From assembly GCA_021399395.1 (NCBI GenBank), contig JAAFKJ010000095.1:1-11224 (forward strand): DNA of 11,224 nucleotides. The letters run 5' to 3'. The notes under the pieces are model-generated. The model was not told where the DNA came from and did not search any database. It saw only the letters and a program-made list of their open reading frames with translations. Origin of the DNA: Candidatus Heimdallarchaeota archaeon. Lineage in GTDB: Archaea; Asgardarchaeota; Heimdallarchaeia; Heimdallarchaeales; Heimdallarchaeaceae. Made by a program: the position numbers and the translations under genes. Positions 1-6,799 of this stretch are shown here, in pieces. Numbering within the stretch: position 1 is the first letter of the stretch; the number at the start of each line of letters is the position of its first letter.

Positions 1-193
1 TAGATAATTACGTGCAACAAAACAATTTTGAGAAAACGCATTTTTCAAGGAAATCTTTATATACAAAATCTTGGCTTTCGCAAGAACTTTTCAGTACTAG
101 AAATATGATATAAACGATTTCATATATGAAATTAAGAGAAGAAGTTTTTTAATTATTCTTGAAACTTCTATTACAGGTCGAGAATTCATATTT

Positions 194-406
194 ATGATCT
201 TTCAAGAGTTGAATCAAGAACCTAATATGAAAGTATTAAGTGAAAACACAATCAAGATTCTATCACTGTTCATTCCTATCGTGAAGGAACTTAAAGAGTT
301 GACATATGAATGGAAATATCCATTTATAATTGATGGAACAAAATACACTTCGACGTTTAATACAACTGAACATACTACTCACAAAGTAGCTATCAAAAGA
401 CATTAG
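194..406 (+). CDS. Small hypothetical protein (70 aa), doubtful
   Basis: ATG-started ORF that overlaps no other gene and converges on the nucleotidyltransferase. There is a T-rich TATA-like stretch at about 146-153. No recognisable motif. Confidence 0.3.
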   Translation: MIFQELNQEPNMKVLSENTIKILSLFIPIVKELKELTYEWKYPFIIDGTKYTSTFNTTEHTTHKVAIKRH

Positions 407-457
407 ATTGGTTTAAGGCAAATTAGAAGAAAAATGAATTCTCCTAGAAGTGAGTAG

Positions 458-1597
458 TTAAGCTTTTGGAGAATTTATCTTGTTTTCAATTTCTTTGACA
501 AGTTCATTGAAGTCACTTATGTGTTGTTTCGAAGCTTTATCTTTCATGTAGATATTTATCTTCTCTTCAAATACTTCAATAGCTTCAGAAATTCCATCAA
601 AATCTCCTTCAGAGATAAGGGCACTTAAGTCGGGTAATCCTTGCTTGAGATAATCATTTCCTGTAATGGTAAATGAGACATAATGTGTTCCTCTAACAAT
701 TGTTCCTTCCAAATAGGCAATATGTTCAGCTGTCATCAGTTGTAATTCTGTAGCTTCATATGAGAGTGCAGCAAAATCGCGTTTCTTACAAGATGAGCGC
801 ATTTTGTTAAGATACTCCAAAATTCCGATATATATGTCATCAATGGTATCATCTCCTCTTTCTGGTTTTAGTAGTTCGAGTGATTTGTTCTTTATCATCT
901 CTCTAATTTCTACATCTAGGTCAAGGATAATCTCTATAGCTTTAGAAAGATCTTCTGTTTGAATAAGAAAGTTGATTCTTGACTCAAAATCCTTTGGAAG
1001 CAATTCCAGTGTATATGCTTCAGATAAATTCCTACCCCAATTTTGTTTGTAATATGAACCATTTAACCTAGCTAGAGCTGTAATCATATGAAAAACTGCA
1101 CCCCAAATATTCATTCTTGCACTCAATAAATCACCTTCCCTCTGAGCACGAAGAATTCCCTCTACACCTCCAGTTTTATACTGTTTTACTAATAGCTCCA
1201 CGTTTTCTTTATCATCATTAATAATACTACTAACATTTTCCTGCAACTTTCTGAATCGTGTTAATGTTTCTTGATCTTTGTAGTAGAGTACATCACAGTC
1301 CAGCAAACCTGCTATTGGATAGAGGAAAAATGAATTTCTTATCAACTCTAAATTATTCTCTTGCTGCTCCCAAATGCTTTCCCAACAATCTATGACTATG
1401 TTTTTGTAACGGAAAATCCAAGGAAGCGAAGTAATACCTGAATATCTCTTTTCAGCATCTACTAAAACAAACATATCAACATCTGAAAATTCATTATATG
1501 TTCCTCTAGCATAAGAACCGTAGACAACTATCAGATCTATTACTTCTTTGTATTCATCAAGTAATTTCTGTTTGATGAATGCGATTTCATCTATCAT
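458..1597 (-). CDS. Pol-beta-superfamily nucleotidyltransferase, kanamycin nucleotidyltransferase (KNTase/ANT(4')-I)-like architecture, with two C-terminal helical domains
   Basis: N-terminal VYGSYARG-x6-DVD motif (G27-S28, D39, D41) and a candidate third acidic residue in IDCW (D70). The rest is helical; LEYLNKMR resembles the KNTase C-terminal domain helix as I recall it. Confidence 0.85.
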   Translation of the reverse strand: MIDEIAFIKQKLLDEYKEVIDLIVVYGSYARGTYNEFSDVDMFVLVDAEKRYSGITSLPWIFRYKNIVIDCWESIWEQQENNLELIRNSFFLYPIAGLLDCDVLYYKDQETLTRFRKLQENVSSIINDDKENVELLVKQYKTGGVEGILRAQREGDLLSARMNIWGAVFHMITALARLNGSYYKQNWGRNLSEAYTLELLPKDFESRINFLIQTEDLSKAIEIILDLDVEIREMIKNKSLELLKPERGDDTIDDIYIGILEYLNKMRSSCKKRDFAALSYEATELQLMTAEHIAYLEGTIVRGTHYVSFTITGNDYLKQGLPDLSALISEGDFDGISEAIEVFEEKINIYMKDKASKQHISDFNELVKEIENKINSPKA

Positions 1598-1619
1598 GAG
1601 AGGATTTTACAAACTTGAT

Positions 1620-1626
1620 TATTTAA
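1620..1626 (-). promoter_or_regulatory. Archaeal TATA box (TTAAATA) for the nucleotidyltransferase, probably leaderless
   Basis: Lies 23-29 nt upstream of the ATG at 1597, with no SD motif in between. Confidence 0.5.
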
Positions 1627-1704
1627 GAATAACCACAAAGAACTGAAAAAATGAGATCTATGTTTGAGCGGAACTGATATATTTCAAAGCAAGAATCATT
1701 GTGT

Positions 1705-3045
1705 ATGTATAATCCTTTGAGGTTCTCTTGGAAAATAAAAAGAAGGTTTCTTAAATGGAATACAGCTGATATAGAGAAACATCAAAGGAAGCAGATAAGC
1801 AAACTGATTAAATCCTCCTTAAAGAAATCAAAGTTCTACTCTACTTTCTATAACGGATATGACTTAGCTGACCATGCAGGATTACCTTTTATGAATAAAC
1901 AGCTGTTTATGGACAACTTTACAGACCTAAATACCAAAGGTTTGACAATAGAAGAATGTATAAAACATTGTTTAGATAAAGAAAAAACTAGAGACTTCAG
2001 CCAATATCATAGAGGATTTTTAGTGGGTATGTCTACAGGTACAAGCGGGAACAGAGGGATAGAATTTGTTACTAAATATGAAGCACTCTTAATGCAGATT
2101 CTAGTCTTTTACAGATTTCCTTTCCCCAAAGCAAAAAAGATTCACCTAGCATTCATTTTACGGGTATTCTCACCTGGTTTTGGTCATGAGGGGAGGAAAA
2201 TCAAAGTCTCATATGTTAATCCATTAGATACAATTCCTGCAATTGTTAATAATCTGAACTCACTAAATCCTAACATCATTTCAGGACCACCATCCGTTCT
2301 ACAGGTTTTAGCTAAAGAAAAACAAAATGGAAAATTGAGTATAGAACCTTTGCTTCTTGTATCTTATGGAGAAGTATTAGATGCAGATGTGAAAGAGGAG
2401 GTTGAGAAAATCTTTGAATGCTCGATCGTAGAAACATACAAATCTTCTGAAAGTTTTATCGCTCTACCCTGTAAATCAGGTAATCTGCATATCAATGAAG
2501 ACACAGTTTTCGTAGAAGTTCTAGATAAGGAAAATAAACCAGTAGAACCTGGAAAACCAGGTTATGTGGTAGTAACTGATTTCATCAAATATGGCTCTCC
2601 AATTATCCGATACAGGCTGAATGATTTGATTACTGTGTCTCCTGATTTTTGTCCCTGTGGTTCTAAATTTAGAGTAATCGAACAGATTCATGGAAGAGCT
2701 GATGATGTTATCTATGGTAAAAGTATATCTACTGAAGAATATCAATTTATTCTACCAGATTTTGTAAGAAGATCTATAGTTAGTTCATCAGATTACATTG
2801 AAGAATATAGATCTATTCAGAATACTCCAATTAGTTTAACAATAAGTCTTCAGTTGAATAAGGAAATTGAAAAGATGCTAAAGAAAGAAGAAGTTGTTGC
2901 GAACATAGAGAATTCTATAAGAGAAAATATCTCAACAGTCTTCCAAAAACATGAAAGTCAAGTCCCTGAACTCAACTTCAAGTATGAGCAAATAGTTCAT
3001 GATTTTGATAAAAAACTAAGACGAATACAGAGAAATTTCAAGTAA
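1705..3045 (+). CDS. Adenylate-forming enzyme, F390 synthetase-related / phenylacetate-CoA ligase (PaaK) family
   Basis: LPFMNKQLFMDNFTDLNTKGL segment, P-loop GMSTGTSGNRG, YGE, ETYKSSE, IIRYRLND and GRADD, plus a putative Zn site (CKSGNLH...CPCG). The ORF track starts at TTG 1699; the in-frame ATG at 1705 is preferred, with TATATTT about 25 nt upstream. Confidence 0.88.
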   Translation: MYNPLRFSWKIKRRFLKWNTADIEKHQRKQISKLIKSSLKKSKFYSTFYNGYDLADHAGLPFMNKQLFMDNFTDLNTKGLTIEECIKHCLDKEKTRDFSQYHRGFLVGMSTGTSGNRGIEFVTKYEALLMQILVFYRFPFPKAKKIHLAFILRVFSPGFGHEGRKIKVSYVNPLDTIPAIVNNLNSLNPNIISGPPSVLQVLAKEKQNGKLSIEPLLLVSYGEVLDADVKEEVEKIFECSIVETYKSSESFIALPCKSGNLHINEDTVFVEVLDKENKPVEPGKPGYVVVTDFIKYGSPIIRYRLNDLITVSPDFCPCGSKFRVIEQIHGRADDVIYGKSISTEEYQFILPDFVRRSIVSSSDYIEEYRSIQNTPISLTISLQLNKEIEKMLKKEEVVANIENSIRENISTVFQKHESQVPELNFKYEQIVHDFDKKLRRIQRNFK

Positions 3046-3054
3046 GGTTTTTAT
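3044..3054 (+). promoter_or_regulatory. Putative BRE/TATA element (AAGGTTTTTAT) for the membrane acyltransferase gene
   Basis: Purine-rich run followed by TTTTTAT about 28-34 nt upstream of ATG 3082, overlapping the upstream stop codon. Confidence 0.4.
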
Positions 3055-3081
3055 GTCACCAAAATACAAATTTGCGATTAT

Positions 3082-4422
3082 ATGAGTACAAAAAACCAAG
3101 AAAAGAACAACTCAGATTATCAAACTGAAGAAATTGCTTCTGAAAAAATCTCTAAGACTCAACGCTGGTATTTCTTCGATTATATGCGTGCAATTGGTAT
3201 TCTAGTTCTCATCTTTGTACATGGTATAGTGTACCATTATGGTTTGATTCAATCCTTGGATCTAGAGAATCTTAACCCATTCTTTATGATAATATATGTT
3301 GTACTTAATTGGGCTGGACTGTTTGCATTGATATCTGCGGTTGTAAGTACATACTCTAGTTTCAAACGGTTGGAGAACAATTTTGAAAACAATGTATCAA
3401 AACCTTCTTGGCAAGCTTTTGGCTTAAGATGGATTTTCCTCGGGGTTTTCTTCTTACTAATGAATTTTCTTTACACCTTCTTACTTGAACCATTTTCTAT
3501 GGATCTAGGAACAGGAGACATTAACCATTCTTTCTTACCTGGAGTTATTCGTACAGGTGGATATTATGCTGTTACTCCAGAAAAAATCCTCTCTGGTTCA
3601 GTGTTCTCGATGCTTGGTTGGAACCTTATCATAATGGGATTGCTTTTTACTCTACTTTTCAAGAACAGAGAAAAATTCAGAGATAAGTGGAGAAGAATAT
3701 TGGTATTAGTGTTAGGACTTACTATTATCCTAATTTCATTTCTGCGAATCTATCTTTATGATGACTTTACAACTGCAATAGATGGTGGTGCTTACTTCAT
3801 AGCTTATCTAATAGACATCGTAGCTGGAAATTATTTTCCACTTTTGCCTTACTTGGGCTTTGGGTTGGTGGGTGCATACTTTGGACTTGTTCTAGCTGAT
3901 GAACCAACAAAGAAAAAAATACTAAACAGAATTTGGATAGGTGTTGGATTACTTATAGGGGCAGTAGTTGCTTTCCGCATTTCTGATTCATTTTACGAAT
4001 CAATCGGAATACTAGATGACGTATTCTTCGATTACATTATTGTGATGTTCGAAATTGGATTCTTCATAATTGTAGGGATTTTGTTGTTCTTACCTTTCTT
4101 CAATAAGAGGGGAGAAAAGATAAATCCAACTCAAAGAAAGAAGATGAAATTCTCATCAATCTTTCTCAGATTTAGTACTAATTCGCTAACATTCTTCTTG
4201 CTAGAAAGACCAATTTCTGAATTATTTGCTCTATTACTCAATACAACAATTCCAAGTTGGAATAATGAAATCTGGGCAAGTATGTTGTTTGGTTTATTTC
4301 TCGTACTTTTCTGGGTTCTTATAGCATTTCTATGGAATTTTGTGGAATTCAAAGGTTCGTTCGAATGGCTATTATCTAAACTATTCAAAGTATCGAAGTA
4401 TCAAACGGACAAGAAATTCTAG
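3082..4422 (+). CDS. Polytopic membrane protein, DUF1624/HGSNAT-like (acyltransferase-3 clan) with DUF418-like C-terminus; putative membrane acyltransferase
   Basis: N-terminal RWYFFDYMRAIGILVLIFVH fits the R-x4-D-x2-R-G-x6-7-H signature (Ala in place of Gly). Also YFPLLPYLGF, FSTNSLTFFL and C-terminal GSFEWLL, with roughly 10-11 hydrophobic segments. Confidence 0.8.
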   Translation: MSTKNQEKNNSDYQTEEIASEKISKTQRWYFFDYMRAIGILVLIFVHGIVYHYGLIQSLDLENLNPFFMIIYVVLNWAGLFALISAVVSTYSSFKRLENNFENNVSKPSWQAFGLRWIFLGVFFLLMNFLYTFLLEPFSMDLGTGDINHSFLPGVIRTGGYYAVTPEKILSGSVFSMLGWNLIIMGLLFTLLFKNREKFRDKWRRILVLVLGLTIILISFLRIYLYDDFTTAIDGGAYFIAYLIDIVAGNYFPLLPYLGFGLVGAYFGLVLADEPTKKKILNRIWIGVGLLIGAVVAFRISDSFYESIGILDDVFFDYIIVMFEIGFFIIVGILLFLPFFNKRGEKINPTQRKKMKFSSIFLRFSTNSLTFFLLERPISELFALLLNTTIPSWNNEIWASMLFGLFLVLFWVLIAFLWNFVEFKGSFEWLLSKLFKVSKYQTDKKF

Positions 4423-4435
4423 TTATTTCAATAGT

Positions 4436-5326
4436 CTAAATTCCTCTTTTCTTTTTCCTATAACATACCATACATACTATCCCTAGCATGGATACAACAA
4501 TGATTTCTATTGAATTGTGACCAATGTGATAAACACTAGGACCAAATGATTCAGAGAACATTTCGACATTGAATTTGATATTTTCAGCACTATCAACATG
4601 ATCTGTATATTCAAATTCCAGTCTGTAAAATCCTAATAATCCTTCAATAATATTGATTGATATTATTTGTTTACTAATCAGGTCATAATTAGATTCTTCT
4701 TCTAGTTGTGTAAACTCAATTTGTAGATAGGTTGAATCTTTTGTAATCGAAATACTAACATCATCACCTTGAGAATTTTCAATTTCTATAGCTTTGGCAG
4801 ACAGATGGTTGTAAAGCATATCAAAATAAGGTACTATAATAGAGTCGTTGATGTAATTCAGAGGATAGAACAATATTGGTTCTAATCTATTCAAATTCCA
4901 GGGATCATTCATTTCAAAGAATACCTGATAGGAGGAAGCACCATAGCAGCTTAACCCACTCTGTATAACGAATTCATATCCTTCCATTGTATCTTCTCCA
5001 TTGTATAACACCCTATAATCTGAATAATTATAATAGAACGTTATGGGAGAATATTCACCATGGTAAGTATAATCTGTCATACTTCTCGGTAAGGTTACTG
5101 ATACTATATCACCTTTTGAAAATGGAAAATCATAAGGAAAACTAGTATATTCTGCTTTTTGTATAACCCATTCATAAGTAGAATTTACAGTAAAATCGCT
5201 GTTAAATTCATAATCCAGGACTATGAGTGCATTTGTATTAAAACCACTTGAATTACTATTCATTATTGCTAACATCAAGATTAAACAAGATAATATTGAT
5301 ATAGAATTCAGTTTTTTTGTGCTCAT
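4436..5326 (-). CDS. Secreted/surface protein with signal peptide and C-terminal transmembrane anchor
   Basis: N-terminal MSTKKLNSISILSCLILMLAIM (basic residues then hydrophobic stretch), an acidic Tyr/Ser/Thr-rich body and C-terminal IEIIVVSMLGIVCMVCY-RKKKRGI. ATG at 5326 preferred over TTG at 5335. TATA-like boxes at 5344-5351 and 5357-5363. Confidence 0.8.
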   Translation of the reverse strand: MSTKKLNSISILSCLILMLAIMNSNSSGFNTNALIVLDYEFNSDFTVNSTYEWVIQKAEYTSFPYDFPFSKGDIVSVTLPRSMTDYTYHGEYSPITFYYNYSDYRVLYNGEDTMEGYEFVIQSGLSCYGASSYQVFFEMNDPWNLNRLEPILFYPLNYINDSIIVPYFDMLYNHLSAKAIEIENSQGDDVSISITKDSTYLQIEFTQLEEESNYDLISKQIISINIIEGLLGFYRLEFEYTDHVDSAENIKFNVEMFSESFGPSVYHIGHNSIEIIVVSMLGIVCMVCYRKKKRGI

Positions 5327-5371
5327 TATTATCAAAAGATAGCTATATAAAGAAGATATATAATTCTTTCT

Positions 5372-5390
5372 GAAAAAAGGAGAGAATGAG
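5372..5390 (-). terminator. Pyrimidine-rich/oligo-T archaeal terminator after the DegT-like gene
   Basis: Minus strand reads CTCATTCTCTCCTTTTTTC just after the stop at 5394. Confidence 0.4.
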
Positions 5391-5393
5391 ATT

Positions 5394-6614
5394 CTATTCG
5401 GCGTATTTTATCTCATAAAATTCTTCTATTTTGTCTGTAAGTAGTTCTATTTCCCATTTCTTCATGTTAGAGGGTGTTGGAATATATACAATACCATCAT
5501 TGAACTTTATATCTTTCTGATCATTTTTGTAAGGGAAATTGAACATTTTATATGTAGGATTAGTAATACATGAAATGTTACTATCTGTTAAAAATTCTAG
5601 AAACTCATCAACAAGGAGATTTTCTATCAGAATTGTGTTATATGGAGTTAAGATTGGATCCCCTCTATACCATGGGAAGAATTTTGTAAGAATCTCAGGC
5701 GATAAACTATCGTAAAACATACCATATTTCTTTGTGTATAAAGCTTCCATCTTTTTGTAATTATCAAAATTCATATACATAGATTTTAGCAAAGCATCTG
5801 ATGGTTTTAGCATATAACCAAAGTGGCTAAAGCCAGGGTTTTTTGTTCGATAAGATTTGGCAAATTTCAGAAGACTAACATTCTTGTTTAATTTACTAAT
5901 CAAGAGCAAGATTTCAAGAAATAAGGATAAGAAAATTCTACTGTTGTAGAAGAAATATGTTGGAACTTTTTTCAGAAGGTCAACAAATCGCTTTCTTAGT
6001 TTCTCTCGAGGTAGTTCTTCTACAGTCTTTTTTGAATATTGTATGAGTTCTTGATGTTTATTATCAATATACATGAACCCTCCACCTAATGCAACAGGTC
6101 TTTTATCCATCCCCATGGAATAAATTGCAACATCAACTACTTCGTTACAAAATTTCTTATCAAGAGTTCCTCCTTGTACTCTATCTTCCAAAATTAAACA
6201 ATTATGTTTCTTTTTGAAATTAGATAGAACTGATAAATCCATATCTTGCCCAAAAAGGTGAGTTATAACAACAAGATCACAATGCTTTATGTTAGGGATT
6301 TTGCCAATACCATTGCACTCTTCATTCAGTTCAATGATGTGAATGTTCTCAGGCTTAACAAACCTTTCAAGGATGTTTCTAAAAGATGTGTGGTGGAGAG
6401 GAGTTGTTGCAACAACTACATCTTCGTTATCAAAATACATCATACAGATTTCGAATAGCGAACGACAAGAATACCCTATCTGTTTATAATAATCCTCATA
6501 CTGCATCCAAAGGTCATATGTTTTAATAGTAAATAAATCAAAAAAGTGTCTGAAGAAAGCGAAGAACCCAATAGGTAGATAATCGGGAGCTGCTTTGATA
6601 GTTTTTCTAGGCAT
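5394..6614 (-). CDS. PLP-dependent enzyme, DegT/DnrJ/EryC1/StrS sugar aminotransferase-like (divergent)
   Basis: VITHLFG, LILEDRVQG (PLP-binding D144/Q147) and YSMGMDKRPVALGGG (Schiff-base K171) appear in the order and spacing typical of the family. Confidence 0.8.
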   Translation of the reverse strand: MPRKTIKAAPDYLPIGFFAFFRHFFDLFTIKTYDLWMQYEDYYKQIGYSCRSLFEICMMYFDNEDVVVATTPLHHTSFRNILERFVKPENIHIIELNEECNGIGKIPNIKHCDLVVITHLFGQDMDLSVLSNFKKKHNCLILEDRVQGGTLDKKFCNEVVDVAIYSMGMDKRPVALGGGFMYIDNKHQELIQYSKKTVEELPREKLRKRFVDLLKKVPTYFFYNSRIFLSLFLEILLLISKLNKNVSLLKFAKSYRTKNPGFSHFGYMLKPSDALLKSMYMNFDNYKKMEALYTKKYGMFYDSLSPEILTKFFPWYRGDPILTPYNTILIENLLVDEFLEFLTDSNISCITNPTYKMFNFPYKNDQKDIKFNDGIVYIPTPSNMKKWEIELLTDKIEEFYEIKYAE

Positions 6615-6636
6615 TCTAACTCTGTTTTTGACCAGT

Positions 6637-6644
6637 TATTTAAA
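6637..6644 (-). promoter_or_regulatory. TATA box (TTTAAATA) for the DegT-like gene, probably leaderless
   Basis: Lies 23-30 nt upstream of ATG 6614. Confidence 0.55.
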
Positions 6645-6799
6645 AGAATAATGTTTTCTGATGATACAGCTTGATAATCCTCTCTTTTTCTTCGCCTAAA
6701 TTGTAAGATATTTAACTGAGCTATTCTACCGAATGTTAACTGCAATCTGAGAGTGATATTATTTCAACAATCGATGAACGTACTTCTAGTATAGAAAAT

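Noticed and set aside
458-1597. Fused MNT-HEPN toxin-antitoxin or CBASS CD-NTase defence system
   Set aside because: I found no convincing R-x4-6-H HEPN RNase motif at the expected position, and no adjacent toxin, effector or Cap genes. The architecture fits a KNTase-like enzyme better.
458-1597. Bona fide aminoglycoside resistance gene (aadD/knt)
   Set aside because: Only fold- and motif-level resemblance. The protein is much longer than KNTase and the substrate cannot be inferred, so no gene symbol is given.
2521-2745. 74-aa minus-strand ORF
   Set aside because: Antisense shadow inside the well-supported ligase gene, with no motifs.
1705-3045. True coenzyme F390 synthetase (ftsA) or paaK
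   Set aside because: Family motifs do not fix the substrate, and there are no F420/methanogenesis or paa genes nearby.
4131-4388. 85-aa minus-strand ORF
   Set aside because: Antisense shadow of the membrane protein gene.
6246-6458. 70-aa plus-strand ORF
   Set aside because: Antisense shadow inside the DegT-like gene.
6476-6745. 89-aa minus-strand ORF, or a frameshifted N-terminal extension of the DegT-like gene
   Set aside because: It overlaps DegT out of frame and runs across the divergent promoter region. DegT has its own ATG and a well-placed TATA box.
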